Shown: positions 8,345-17,946 of the stretch, in pieces
Layout of the letters: every line of letters starts with the position of its first letter
Position numbering within the stretch: the first letter of the stretch is position 1
NCBI GenBank assembly: GCA_013152925.1
Contig: JAADFK010000118.1
Coordinates: forward strand, 1 to 59,083
Length of the DNA stretch: 59,083 nucleotides
Origin: Acidobacteriota bacterium
Lineage (GTDB): Bacteria; Acidobacteriota; Thermoanaerobaculia; Thermoanaerobaculales; Sulfomarinibacteraceae
Direction: 5' to 3'
Position numbers and translations under genes: made by a program
The notes under the pieces: generated by a model
Told to the model about the DNA's origin: nothing
What the model saw: only the letters and a program-made list of their open reading frames with translations
The model's database searches: none

Positions 8345-9947
8345 CGGCTGCCCCCTTGTCTTCCCGACGCTTGGCATCGATCATTTTTTGAATGGCTTCC
8401 TTGAGGTTCGACTCGGAGTCGATGAGGAACTGGGCCGAGGTGACCACCTCGTCACCGTCGCTCAGGCCCTCGAGCACCTGCACGAAACCATCGCCCTCGG
8501 GGCCGAGCTTGAGGTCACGGGGCGCGAACTTGCCATCTCCCAGGGAAACGACGACAACGTTGCGTTCTCCGGTCCGGAAAACGGCCTCGGAGGGAACGGT
8601 GATCGCCTTCCTGGCGATCACCGGCTCGAAGAGCACCGTCGAATACATGCCGACACGCAACTTCCGCGCCGGGTTCGGTATCTCCAGCGTCAAACGGATC
8701 GTGCGTGTCTTCTCTGAAACTTCGGGCTCGATGTACCGGATGCGGCCGCGAAAGGTCTCTCCGGGGAAGTAGGTCAAGTTTATCTTGGCTGGGCTCCCGA
8801 TCCTGACCCAAGGAAGCTGATTGGAAAACACTTCGACCGTAAGCCACAGGTCCGACAGGTCGGCGATCTTGAGAAGCTCCATCCCCGGTCGTGCCGCCAT
8901 CCCTTCGAGGCCCTCCATGCGGGTCATGACGATGCCACTCGCGGGGGAAACGACCTTGAGCGTGCGGAAGACCTTCCCGGTCTTCTCGAGATCCTCGATC
9001 TGAGCCGCCGTGATATCCCAGTAGCCCAATCGTTCGCGGGCCGCGAGAAGAAGGCTTTTGGCCCGCCGCGCCACTTCGGTCCCGGAGTCAGCCATGTTGT
9101 CGGCGTACCGCTTCGCCGAAAGCAGCTCCTGTTCCGTTTGGACCAACTCCGGTGCGTAGATCTCGAAAAGGGGCTCCCCCTTCTTCACCGGCTGGCCAAT
9201 GTAATTGACATAGGTCTTCTCGATGAATCCAGGATACTTGGTGGTGACGGACACGATCTTCTCGTGGTCATAATCCAGGTAGCCGACCGTCCGAATCTGC
9301 TGGGTGACATCACGCCGTTGCACCTTCTGGATCACGACGTTCATGTTCTGCTGGACCGCCGGGTCGATGGTGACCACGGCAGCCTGGTTGGCGGTGGCCT
9401 CCCCTTGGTCTGCGTAGACCGGCACGTAGTCCATACCCATGTCATCCTTCCGGGGAACCGGCGAGGTGATGGTCGGGTCCATGGGGTTCCTGTAGAAGAG
9501 GATCTTCCGCTCCTTGGGCTTGCCGGCGGCCTGTGGCGCGGATTCTTCGCCCCCGCCCTGTCCCCGAAGCGGCACGAGCTTCATCCCGCAGATCGGGCAA
9601 TTCCCCGGGTGATCTTGAATCACTTGCTGGTGCATGCCACAGGTCCAGAGCTGCTTGTGCTCCTCTTTCCCGGCCGTGCCGGAGGCCGACGTCTGCCCGG
9701 CCGTTCCGCCCTGGCGGGAAAGTCCCAGCCAGCCGTCCACCGGGCTGATACCAAACGGATCGGCTACCAGGAGGATGGCGAGAGCGGCCCCGAGGAAGGC
9801 CCAGAGGATGGCGCGCAGCGTCGCCCCGCCGGCCTCACGGCGGGAGGAGTGAGGGGTGAGGCGTGAGGGGTGAGGGGACACCAAAACCTCCGGAACGTTC
9901 TGTGTTTTCGTGATGTCGTTCGGTGTATTGGATGTGATCGGGTTCAT
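8334..9947 (-). CDS. cusB: CusB-family RND periplasmic adaptor with heavy-metal-binding domains
   Basis: WTCGMH...PGNCPICGMKL, YRNPMDP...KDDMGMDYVPVY, SAQFLIDSESNL. ATG 9947 overlaps the upstream stop. Confidence 0.92.
   Translation of the reverse strand: MNPITSNTPNDITKTQNVPEVLVSPHPSRLTPHSSRREAGGATLRAILWAFLGAALAILLVADPFGISPVDGWLGLSRQGGTAGQTSASGTAGKEEHKQLWTCGMHQQVIQDHPGNCPICGMKLVPLRGQGGGEESAPQAAGKPKERKILFYRNPMDPTITSPVPRKDDMGMDYVPVYADQGEATANQAAVVTIDPAVQQNMNVVIQKVQRRDVTQQIRTVGYLDYDHEKIVSVTTKYPGFIEKTYVNYIGQPVKKGEPLFEIYAPELVQTEQELLSAKRYADNMADSGTEVARRAKSLLLAARERLGYWDITAAQIEDLEKTGKVFRTLKVVSPASGIVMTRMEGLEGMAARPGMELLKIADLSDLWLTVEVFSNQLPWVRIGSPAKINLTYFPGETFRGRIRYIEPEVSEKTRTIRLTLEIPNPARKLRVGMYSTVLFEPVIARKAITVPSEAVFRTGERNVVVVSLGDGKFAPRDLKLGPEGDGFVQVLEGLSDGDEVVTSAQFLIDSESNLKEAIQKMIDAKRREDKGAADAQ
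9850..9877 (+). repeat. Heptamer tandem repeat (TGAGGGG/TGAGGCG) x4 inside the cusB 5' region
   Basis: tgagggg tgaggcg tgagggg tgagggg, read directly from the sequence. Confidence 0.7.
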
Positions 9948-11353
9948 TTGGTTTTCTCCTGCTGGGGAATTTGGGACAGCGGCAGGCCGACGGTGCCCTC
10001 CATCCGTGCCATGGCGACGGCCCAATCGGCCCGGGCCCGGGCAGCGGCGATGCGGACTTCGAGGAGGATCCGTTCGGCGTCGAGGAGGTTGAGAACATCC
10101 ACGTTTCCAGTGGCATACGCCGTCTCGGCGGAGTTGAGGGATTGCTGAGCCTGGGCCACGAGCACCTTGTCGAAGAGGTGCACCTGGGCCGAGGTCGTCT
10201 TCATGGTGTTGTCGAGGTCGGCGATGTCGCCTTCGATCCGTGCCCGGACGGCCCGCCGGCGCTCTTCGGCGGCCATCCGCTGCTGGCCGGCCTCCTCCAC
10301 GCCCGCCGCGAGGCGCTCCCGGTGCACGGGCAGGTTGACAGAGGCGAAGAGGGCCAGCACGTCCTTACCGTTGTCCTGGGGCGGGTTGGCCTGTCCGGCA
10401 GGATCGCTGCGCTTGCCGACCCAGGTCCAGGCGAGGCCGGCCGTCACGTCGGGCGAGTAGTCCTTCTTGGCCACGATGCCTGCGTTCTCCGCCTTCTGGA
10501 TCAGGGCATCGAGCTCGGCGAGCTCGGGCCGCCGGATGAGGGCCTCCTGGAGCAGGCTCTCCGCGGCTGGCCCTTCTTCGATCCGTTTCGGAAGCGAGAA
10601 GGATGGCAACGGGGTTCCACGGGGCCGGTCCCGGAGCGTGTTGAGACGCGCCTCCAGGGTGCCCCGCCGCGTGGAAATCTCCAGGAGCCGGTTGTCGTCC
10701 CGGGTGATCTCGGCCTGGATCTTGATGATGGACTGCTGAATGCCCACGCCCGAGATGTACCGGGCGCGGGCCAGCTCTTCGTAGTGTTCCAAGGTGCTGC
10801 GATCGTCCCGCACCTCCCGCTCCTCATGGTCAAGCCAGGCCAGCTCGTAGGCCAAGCGGCGGGCCTCTGTGACGATCTCGAGCCGCCTCGCGGCCACCCG
10901 GGCCCGGGCCGAGACGGCGGCCGCCAGCTCCACCTGCTCCCGGGCCGGCAGCTTGCCGAACCACGGGAAGCGCTGGGAGAGCGCCACGGTACCGTACTGT
11001 GGGCCCACCCGCGTTTCGGGGCTCAGCAGGAAGGCCGTTACCGAGACCACAGGGTCGGGCAGGGCCTTGACCTGAGGCGCCCGCTGGGCTGCGGCCCGCG
11101 CGTCGGCGGCCAGGGCCGCCACGGAGGGGTTCCGGTCGAGGACCTCCTGGAGGAGGAGTCTCAGGCGGGTATCCCCCTGCGCGGCGACGATCGCGGAGGC
11201 GGGGTCGGGAACGGTGGCCGTTTCCTGGTCGGAAGCCCCGGCCGGAGCCGACGCGTTTCGCTCAAGCTCCTGGGGATGGAGCTCTTGGGCCACGAGGCCC
11301 GGGGTCACGGCCAGCAGGGTGGCCGCGGCCAGTGCAATAGAATGTCGTTTCAC
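9944..11353 (-). CDS. TolC/CusC-family outer-membrane efflux protein
   Basis: GTG start with AGGAAAGGAG RBS; signal peptide; ALPDP...LSQRFPWFGKL, AETAYATG; first structural gene of the RND operon. Confidence 0.9.
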   Translation of the reverse strand: MKRHSIALAAATLLAVTPGLVAQELHPQELERNASAPAGASDQETATVPDPASAIVAAQGDTRLRLLLQEVLDRNPSVAALAADARAAAQRAPQVKALPDPVVSVTAFLLSPETRVGPQYGTVALSQRFPWFGKLPAREQVELAAAVSARARVAARRLEIVTEARRLAYELAWLDHEEREVRDDRSTLEHYEELARARYISGVGIQQSIIKIQAEITRDDNRLLEISTRRGTLEARLNTLRDRPRGTPLPSFSLPKRIEEGPAAESLLQEALIRRPELAELDALIQKAENAGIVAKKDYSPDVTAGLAWTWVGKRSDPAGQANPPQDNGKDVLALFASVNLPVHRERLAAGVEEAGQQRMAAEERRRAVRARIEGDIADLDNTMKTTSAQVHLFDKVLVAQAQQSLNSAETAYATGNVDVLNLLDAERILLEVRIAAARARADWAVAMARMEGTVGLPLSQIPQQEKTK

Positions 11354-11441
11354 AAGCTCTCTCCTTTCCTGAGTCGTCACTGCAGGCGCCATCGCGCCGG
11401 CGGCGGCGTGCCGGAGCACACCGGATTCGCTCAGGAAAGGC

Positions 11442-11855
11442 TCAAATCAGGAGGGCGCAGTCCAGGAGAAAGACGGGAGGCGCCTCGGCCGGCGGCCCGT
11501 GGGCATCAGTTGCAGCGGCGGATGCCCTGACAGTCGATGGGACCGGCTCGACCGTGATCGCGGCCGCAAAGGGCACGGCTCCCTCCGACACGCGGGTCAT
11601 CGTAGCCGTCGTCGCCGAATCCGCGAGCGGTTGCGGCAGGTGGGAGCACGAGCACCTCTGGCCCTGGTGGGCCGCATCGGCAAAGGTGCCGTTCTGACCA
11701 TGGAATACCACATCCGCCTTGGAGCCGTCCATGGCGCAGCAGCCCTGCGTGGCCGGCACTGCATGCAGGCAGGCGGCAAACACCCCGCCCGCCACCAGGC
11801 CCGGGAGGACCAGGATGACGGTGAGGGCGACGGAGAAGCTACGAATACTGCGCAT
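11442..11855 (-). CDS. Small Cys/His-containing leader-like protein upstream of the cus operon
   Basis: Hydrophobic N-terminus, CC-x-M, CSCSH, and C-terminal HGPP...PVFLLDCALLI. Confidence 0.65.
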   Translation of the reverse strand: MRSIRSFSVALTVILVLPGLVAGGVFAACLHAVPATQGCCAMDGSKADVVFHGQNGTFADAAHQGQRCSCSHLPQPLADSATTATMTRVSEGAVPFAAAITVEPVPSTVRASAAATDAHGPPAEAPPVFLLDCALLI

Positions 11856-11875
11856 ACGTTCACTCGAACATTCAG

Positions 11876-11904
11876 ACGATACATTCTATTCCGCCGGATG
11901 TCAA
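11876..11904 (-). promoter_or_regulatory. sigma70-type promoter of the cus operon
   Basis: TTGACA-N17-TATCGT on the minus strand, ending 21 nt before ATG 11855. Confidence 0.6.
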
Positions 11905-12056
11905 ACGGTTTCATCTCGGGTGTTGGGGCGGCAGGCCACGCTCATCGCAACTCCCGCGTCCTCCAGGTATTGGAGGGAACGATGGAATACCGCGATACCG
12001 TGGTGCGTATTTGTCGATGCAGCCGTTCATTGGAGAACAGAGCTCGGGGAGGCGAC

Positions 12057-12257
12057 ATGAGTCCGTTTACATGGATTCGGGAGTTTATGGCGGTCTTCGC
12101 ACTGGCCTTCGTGGTCACCGCTGCGGTTTCATTCCTGTGGAGCCTGACGGCCCACGGAGCCGGCGCCGTGGACTGGGGATCGGCCGTGCGTTTCGGGATC
12201 ATCCTGGGCACCGTTCTGACCTGGATGAAGGCCCGTGACACCGGGAGGTCCGGCTGA
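12057..12257 (+). CDS. Small two-TM hypothetical protein
   Basis: GGGGAGG RBS then MSPFTWIREFMAVFALAFVV...DWGSAVRFGIILG. Confidence 0.65.
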   Translation: MSPFTWIREFMAVFALAFVVTAAVSFLWSLTAHGAGAVDWGSAVRFGIILGTVLTWMKARDTGRSG

Positions 12258-13349
12258 GGGCCGCACTCTCCCCGACGGAACCCTGACCGGAGCCGGAAGG
12301 CCTCTCCGGTGGAGCCGCTGGAGGCTCGCCGAGCCGTAGGTCGCGGGGCCGTGGTCCTTGCCGTGACAGATCAGGTAGCAGGCGCCCGAGCCGGGACCGG
12401 TGGACTCGAAGGCCAGCCGGCCCGTCGAGGGCGACGGCGCCACCCCGGAGATGATGGTCTCCTCGCCGAAGCGGATCAGGGCGCGGTTGATCACCGAGCC
12501 GTGGGGGTTGTGGCAGGTGGCGCAGGAGGCGCCGATCTCCACGATGTGCTCCCCGTGCTGCGGGAACGACGGGCTGCGCAGCACCTTGTCCCGGTCGTGG
12601 CAGGTGTAGCAGAGGGCGTAGGCCTCCTCGCTTTCGGGACCGTCGGTGGTCACGTAGCTCTTGCGGAGGATGTACTGGACCGGCGAGCCGTGCGGGCCCC
12701 GTGGGCCCGCCGGGTCGGCGTTGCCGTGGCAGTCAGTGCAGTTGATCTGCCCTCCTCTGAGCGACTCGATGACGGAGGGAGAGGAGCCGGCGGCCGGGGC
12801 CTCCACGGGGTGGTAGGAGGGGTTGCCGGGGTAGAGGAGCCGGCTGATATCGATGACGCTCTGCGTGGTGGCCCCGGCGCTGCCGTGGCACGACTCGCAG
12901 AGCTCGTACTCGAAACGGCTGGGGTTCCTCGGCGAGCGCTTCGGCGTCCCGCGGGGCACTTCTCCGGCATCGAGGGAGCCGCGGTGCGGGGCGTGGCAGG
13001 AGGTGCAGGTGGCCGTGGAGGCCAGCGCGGCCGAGGTGGCGGTCGTCTCCATGGGGTGGAGGTAGGGCTGGGAGAGAACGGAGGAGAGCAGGGGGGGCGT
13101 GGCGTCGCCGGCCAGCAGGTCCCGCGTCACCATGGCGTTCCTGTCCGCCAGCGTGCCGTGACACTGAAGGCACACGGCTTCAACGGGCTCGGGAAGCATG
13201 GGCGACTCCGGCATCCCGTGGCCCACGTGACAGGCTGGACATCCCCCGGGCACACGGCTCGGGTCCATGTGGGGCGTCTGGGCCGCTGCCGGGCGCACGG
13301 CGGTCGCCAGCGCCACGGCGGCCAGCAGGATCAGCGGAGTGCGTGGCAT
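12129..13349 (-). CDS. Multiheme cytochrome c (7 CxxCH + 1 CX3CH)
   Basis: Signal peptide MPRTPLILL...AAA. Motifs CPACH, CLQCH, CTSCH, CESCH, CTDCH, CYTCH, CATCH, CYLICH. Confidence 0.9.
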   Translation of the reverse strand: MPRTPLILLAAVALATAVRPAAAQTPHMDPSRVPGGCPACHVGHGMPESPMLPEPVEAVCLQCHGTLADRNAMVTRDLLAGDATPPLLSSVLSQPYLHPMETTATSAALASTATCTSCHAPHRGSLDAGEVPRGTPKRSPRNPSRFEYELCESCHGSAGATTQSVIDISRLLYPGNPSYHPVEAPAAGSSPSVIESLRGGQINCTDCHGNADPAGPRGPHGSPVQYILRKSYVTTDGPESEEAYALCYTCHDRDKVLRSPSFPQHGEHIVEIGASCATCHNPHGSVINRALIRFGEETIISGVAPSPSTGRLAFESTGPGSGACYLICHGKDHGPATYGSASLQRLHRRGLPAPVRVPSGRVRPSAGPPGVTGLHPGQNGAQDDPETHGRSPVHGAGSVGRQAPQE

Positions 13350-14029
13350 GTGATACAGACCTCCTGGACCGTCGGTTTCACCCAGAAATGGGGCACCTTG
13401 CCCTTCTCGTAGAACCTGTCGCTGTGGGGATCGTGGCAGGTGGTGCACTGCATCTTCCCCCGGGCGTCCAGGCGGACGTCGGGGTCCGCCGTGATGGAGG
13501 CAAGGGGACGAAGCCCCATGTCGCGGTCCTCCGCCGGGCTGGAGGCGCCGGCGGCGTCGGTCACGACAAAGGAGATGGGGTGGCTCCCGCTGAGGTCGGT
13601 GCCGATGTACCCCGGCCGGCCCGGCGTCAGCCGTTGGGGCCCCGCCATGGGGATGGGCCGTCCGCTCCCGATGTCGCCCAGGGCCACCGTCCCGTCGTGG
13701 CAGGAGAGGCAGAGTCGCGAGGAGCCGTCGGGCTGGGGCGCCGGCGCCGTGCCGCCCGAGGGTGAGGTGAGATCTGGAACGCGGTACTCGGCGGAGGAGA
13801 GGGTGTGGCCCCAGAGGGGGTGGGGCACCACGGCGCTGTGGGGAATGTGGCAGAACTTGCAGACCTCCGTCTCACTGACGGAACGGACCTGCCCGGGTCC
13901 GCTGACCGAGAGGTTGTGGAGCGTGTCGGCCACCCGCTGCTGGGCCCCCGCCGGGGCGGCAAGCCCGGCTGCCAGCCACAGGAACAGACCGGCCGCTGCC
14001 GGACCGACGGATCGGTGGGGAGTGTTCAT
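13331..14029 (-). CDS. OmcE-like tetraheme cytochrome c (divergent paralog)
   Basis: HNLS...VCKFCHIPH...PLW.H...LCLSCHDG...GTDLSGSHPISF...QCTTCHDPH...VCITCH; ATGA overlap with the upstream gene. Confidence 0.85.
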   Translation of the reverse strand: MNTPHRSVGPAAAGLFLWLAAGLAAPAGAQQRVADTLHNLSVSGPGQVRSVSETEVCKFCHIPHSAVVPHPLWGHTLSSAEYRVPDLTSPSGGTAPAPQPDGSSRLCLSCHDGTVALGDIGSGRPIPMAGPQRLTPGRPGYIGTDLSGSHPISFVVTDAAGASSPAEDRDMGLRPLASITADPDVRLDARGKMQCTTCHDPHSDRFYEKGKVPHFWVKPTVQEVCITCHALR

Positions 14030-15027
14030 GGCGTCACCTCCTCCGGAATGGGTGCGAACACCTGAAGGCGCCGGTTGAAGGAATCGGCCACCGCCACCCT
14101 GCCGTCGCCGGCGGCCGCCACCCCCGCGGGGAAGCCAAACTCTCCGGGCGCCGCGCCGTTGTGCCCGATGGACATCAGGTACTCCCCCCGCCGAGTGTAC
14201 AGGGCCACCTGGTCCAGCAGGGCGTCCGTCACCCAGAGCCTGCCCCTGGCGTCCACCGCAACGTCCTTCAAGCGGGGCATCTGGCCGGCCGTGTCGCCCA
14301 GGGTGCCGAAGCTCCCCAGCACTTTCCTGGAGACCGGGTCCACGTGCACGAGCCGGAAGTTGAGGGTGTCGCCGACCCACAGGGTGTCGCCGTCGGCGGC
14401 CAGGGCCGTGGGGAAGTTGAACAGCCCGGGCCCGTTGCCGCGGCCGCCCATCACGGTGGCGGCCTTCCCGTCGGTGAGCTCCACCAGCCGGTGAGCGGCG
14501 GTCTCCACCACGTAGACCCTGCCGGCGAGGCACGCCACCCCCGTGGGACGTTGCAGGTCGCTGGCCAGCCAGCGGACGAGCCGGAGCTTGCGGCCGAGCA
14601 GGGCCACCCGCCCCGCCGGCGGGTCGGAGACCACGATGCCGGCGCCACACGCCGCCACGAATGTCGGCGAGCCAAGGAGCCCCTCGGGGCTCCGGCTCAA
14701 CCCGCCGCCGGCGCCGATCCGGAGGACCCGCCCGGCCCCGGGATCGGCCACCAGGAGATCCCCGCCGTCCCAGGCCACGCCGTAGGGACGGGTGAACAAG
14801 GGCTCCCGGCGCCCCCCCCGCAGCCAGGCCGTGAAGGAACCCCTCGCGAGATCGCCACGGAGCCCGAGAACCCGCACGAGCTCGATGCGGGGATCCTCCG
14901 GAGGCCAGAACCGGACCCCCTCGGTCGATCCGGAGGCCGACGCCCCCGCCGACGGCCGGTGCACCACGGTGCAGCCGCCGGCCAGGAGCCCGGCCGTCAC
15001 CAGCACGAGGAGCGCCCGCCGTTTCAC
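14026..15027 (-). CDS. NHL-repeat beta-propeller lipoprotein
   Basis: Lipobox LAGGC; WPP..PRI motif; repeats of G..G..PG.F.FP..A; GTGA overlap with the upstream gene. Confidence 0.88.
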   Translation of the reverse strand: MKRRALLVLVTAGLLAGGCTVVHRPSAGASASGSTEGVRFWPPEDPRIELVRVLGLRGDLARGSFTAWLRGGRREPLFTRPYGVAWDGGDLLVADPGAGRVLRIGAGGGLSRSPEGLLGSPTFVAACGAGIVVSDPPAGRVALLGRKLRLVRWLASDLQRPTGVACLAGRVYVVETAAHRLVELTDGKAATVMGGRGNGPGLFNFPTALAADGDTLWVGDTLNFRLVHVDPVSRKVLGSFGTLGDTAGQMPRLKDVAVDARGRLWVTDALLDQVALYTRRGEYLMSIGHNGAAPGEFGFPAGVAAAGDGRVAVADSFNRRLQVFAPIPEEVTP

Positions 15028-16799
15028 CGGATGGTCCCCCGCCGCTGGGGCGCGCTGACGAAGGGCAGCCACCCGGCGAAGCGGGCGGTAACGGCGAGCA
15101 GGGCCCCCCGCGTTCGCCGCCGGCTTCCCTCGACGGTTTCCGTCTGGTCCCACAGCTGGGCCAGGAGAGCGTACCGGCCGAAATGCAGCTGGGCCGTTCC
15201 CTCGATCCGCCGGCGGTCCACGTCAGGACCCTGGGAGACCTCGCTGACGTTGTCGTTGTAGTTGACTCTCAGCGTGAGGAACCGCAGCGGCGCCCAGTGG
15301 ACGCTGGCGGCGAAGAAGCGGACGTTCTGGCGGATTTCGGAGCGGCCTGTGGTCTTTCCGGCATCGATGGTGCATCCCACACGGGGACCCGTGAGGGTAA
15401 CATCCAGGATGTCCGAGTCCACGGTCACCGGGACGATCTGGAAGCTCTCCTGCTTGCGGCGGCGGTGTTCCAGATAGGTGCTCAGATGCCAGCGTCTGAA
15501 CCGGCGGCGCAGGGTGACGCGGGCCCGGGCCCCGTCGTGGATACCGACACGCTCGTACTCCGTGCCGAGGTCGGGGAGCTCCACCAGGGCATCGCCGACG
15601 GTGCGCAGCTCGTTGTGGGCCACGGCCAGGTCCAGCTCGGCCCGAAGACGCTCCTCGGAGCCGGTTCCAAGAGTGCCGCCGGCCGACCAGGCGACCACCG
15701 TGGTCCGCTGGGAGCCGCCGTCCCACGACGTGTCGATCCTGGAGCTGCTGAGCCCGCCGTTGAGGCTGAGGTCGTACCCCTCGCCCGCACGGTTCCACGA
15801 CACGCTGACGCCGGCGGTCGGGGCCTTCACCGTGGTGTCGCCGCCCTGTTGCAGGGTGTAGCTGGCCGTCGGGATCACCTGGACGGCCGAGACGGCATGC
15901 CAGACGTAGCGCGCGGCCACGGTGTTGGTGGTGGTGGTCCGCTCGGCGTTCCGGCTGAGGCCGCCGGTGTAGGAGAGATCCACCAGGTCGCTGCGCGGTG
16001 TGGTGTAGACGAACCGGCTGCGAAGCCGCGCCGTGTCCACCGTGTTGCTGGTGTCCTCGTAGTCGAAGCTGCGGTGGAATCCGATGCCGCTGAGGTCCCA
16101 GCGCCAGCTGTCCGAGAGCAGGCCGTGCTCGTCCACCGTCAGGGTGTAGTCGTCGGTGGTGTAGCGGGTCCGGCCGTAGCGCCGGTACTGCCGTTCGAGG
16201 CGGTAGTGGTGGTTGATCCTGGCCGACGAGCCGGACCAGTCGAGGTACTGATGGATGAAGGCCTCGTCGCGGACCTTCGGGTCGATGAAGCTGGTGTCCG
16301 TCCGCTGGGTGCTGGCGGACAGCCCGCGGAAGATCCCCCCCCGGAAACGGACCCTCGCACCCCAGCTGGTGGTGGCATCCGCCAGGCCCGTGGTGGCCAG
16401 GGGGTCGTCGCTGTTGAGAACGTAGCCGTAGCGGCTGTGGGACAGAAAAAAGTGGGAGGGGTACAGCCCGAAGGGCAGGAGGGCGAGCTGCACCCTGAAG
16501 CCCAGCCGGTTGTTGTCAGGAGCCGTCGTGCCGGAGTAGTTGGAGAGCAATCCGTCGAGGCCGAGGCGGAACCGCGCGATGGCCGGGTGAATGATGAAGC
16601 CGTTCATACCGAGGTTCAGACGGAAGCTGCGCTCGGTGTAGTCGGTCAGGGCTCTTCCCTCGATCTCCGTCAGAAAGGACCGTTGCTGGAGCCCCAACAG
16701 CGCATCCCACGACCACTGACCGAAGAGCTGCCCCGCGGCATTCCGCGGGACGAGGAACGTTGCCCCCACCAGGAGCAGCGCCACGCCCCATCTGCGCAC
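15024..16799 (-). CDS. Putative large outer-membrane beta-barrel (porin/secretion channel)
   Basis: Signal peptide, then ~560 aa of alternating amphipathic strands rich in Y/R/S/T; no heme motifs. Confidence 0.7.
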   Translation of the reverse strand: MRRWGVALLLVGATFLVPRNAAGQLFGQWSWDALLGLQQRSFLTEIEGRALTDYTERSFRLNLGMNGFIIHPAIARFRLGLDGLLSNYSGTTAPDNNRLGFRVQLALLPFGLYPSHFFLSHSRYGYVLNSDDPLATTGLADATTSWGARVRFRGGIFRGLSASTQRTDTSFIDPKVRDEAFIHQYLDWSGSSARINHHYRLERQYRRYGRTRYTTDDYTLTVDEHGLLSDSWRWDLSGIGFHRSFDYEDTSNTVDTARLRSRFVYTTPRSDLVDLSYTGGLSRNAERTTTTNTVAARYVWHAVSAVQVIPTASYTLQQGGDTTVKAPTAGVSVSWNRAGEGYDLSLNGGLSSSRIDTSWDGGSQRTTVVAWSAGGTLGTGSEERLRAELDLAVAHNELRTVGDALVELPDLGTEYERVGIHDGARARVTLRRRFRRWHLSTYLEHRRRKQESFQIVPVTVDSDILDVTLTGPRVGCTIDAGKTTGRSEIRQNVRFFAASVHWAPLRFLTLRVNYNDNVSEVSQGPDVDRRRIEGTAQLHFGRYALLAQLWDQTETVEGSRRRTRGALLAVTARFAGWLPFVSAPQRRGTIR

Positions 16800-16805
16800 G
16801 TGGAG

Positions 16806-17792
16806 CTACTCCCCCCCCTCACCCTGGCGCAACGCCGGATCGAGGATGACCACCGGATGTTTGGCCTGTACCTCGTCATACCACCGCTTTTCCGCCCTCT
16901 TGAGCGCAGCCTTCTCCAGCTCCTTCCGGAGCATCGGCGCCGCTTCTTCGAAGCTCAGGGTCCGGCCGGGGCGGGCCTCCTTGACCAGCAGGAGATGGAC
17001 TCCCTCCCTGGTCCGGATGGGGCCCACGATGGATCCCACCGTGGCCTTCCAGGCCGCCTTCTCCAACGCCGGTTGGAGCCGTCCCCGGTGAACCCAGCCA
17101 AGGTCACCGCCCTTGATCCGGTACATCCCCTCGGAATCCCGGGCGGCCAGGTCGGTGAAGGGCGTGCCCGCCTCGGCCTCGGCCTTGATCTTTCGCGCCT
17201 CGGCCTCCCGTTTCGCCCACCGGGATCCATCGGCCGAGGGCGGCACCTTGAGCAGGATGTGGTAGAGATGCAGAGAGGGGGGCATCTTCCAGCGCGCGAC
17301 GTTGGCATCGTACGCCTTCCGAACGGCCGCCTCCGGGACCTTGGCCTTCTCCGTGACGAAGCGCCGGTACGCCTCCTGACCCAGCAGGGTCTCGGTGAGC
17401 GCGCGCACGTGATCCTCCCTGGTCCAGCCGTTGGCCTTCAGAGAACGCTCGTACTCCGTGGTCCCAAGCTGGATTTCCATGGCCGCCCGGCGACCCTCGG
17501 CATCCTTGGTTGGAGGTTTCAGCCCCCGGTCCCGGGCGCCCAGAACGTCCAGCTGGCGGTGGATCAGCGCTTGGAGCTGCTGGCGCCGAAGCGTGTCGAG
17601 CATCGCCTCGGGGAGCCGCTTGTGGTAGTACCCGGAGTTGACCGCCCGCTGGACGGCCAGATCGAGCTCCGCACGGGTGATGACCCTATTGCCCACCCTG
17701 GCGACGATATCAGCCTCGGCGGCCCTGGCCGGAGCCGCAAGAACGAACACTCCCGACATCGCCATGGCGGCCGCGAGCCAGCTCTTCATCAT
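16806..17792 (-). CDS. Parvulin/SurA-type peptidyl-prolyl isomerase
   Basis: Signal peptide; IVARVGNRVIT, HILLK, F.DLA...S...KGGDLGW, GPIRT.EG.HL. Confidence 0.9.
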   Translation of the reverse strand: MMKSWLAAAMAMSGVFVLAAPARAAEADIVARVGNRVITRAELDLAVQRAVNSGYYHKRLPEAMLDTLRRQQLQALIHRQLDVLGARDRGLKPPTKDAEGRRAAMEIQLGTTEYERSLKANGWTREDHVRALTETLLGQEAYRRFVTEKAKVPEAAVRKAYDANVARWKMPPSLHLYHILLKVPPSADGSRWAKREAEARKIKAEAEAGTPFTDLAARDSEGMYRIKGGDLGWVHRGRLQPALEKAAWKATVGSIVGPIRTREGVHLLLVKEARPGRTLSFEEAAPMLRKELEKAALKRAEKRWYDEVQAKHPVVILDPALRQGEGGE

Positions 17793-17892
17793 GTGTCCCA
17801 TGGGGTGATGCTCCTCCGTTTTCCGGACAGCGATTCATGCCACGCCGTGCGCGGCCGATTATCTCACGGACACTGGACAATTCTGACAAACC

Positions 17893-17921
17893 GGCGGGGA
17901 CCGGTGGTACCGGTCCCCGCC
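17893..17921 (-). terminator. Stem-loop (terminator or RNA stabiliser) directly after the main omcE-like gene
   Basis: Perfect 13-bp stem ggcggggaccggt / accggtccccgcc, followed by GGTTTGT on the minus strand. Confidence 0.6.
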
Positions 17922-17946
17922 TTCGGATCGCTGGTTCGTCTCCCGA

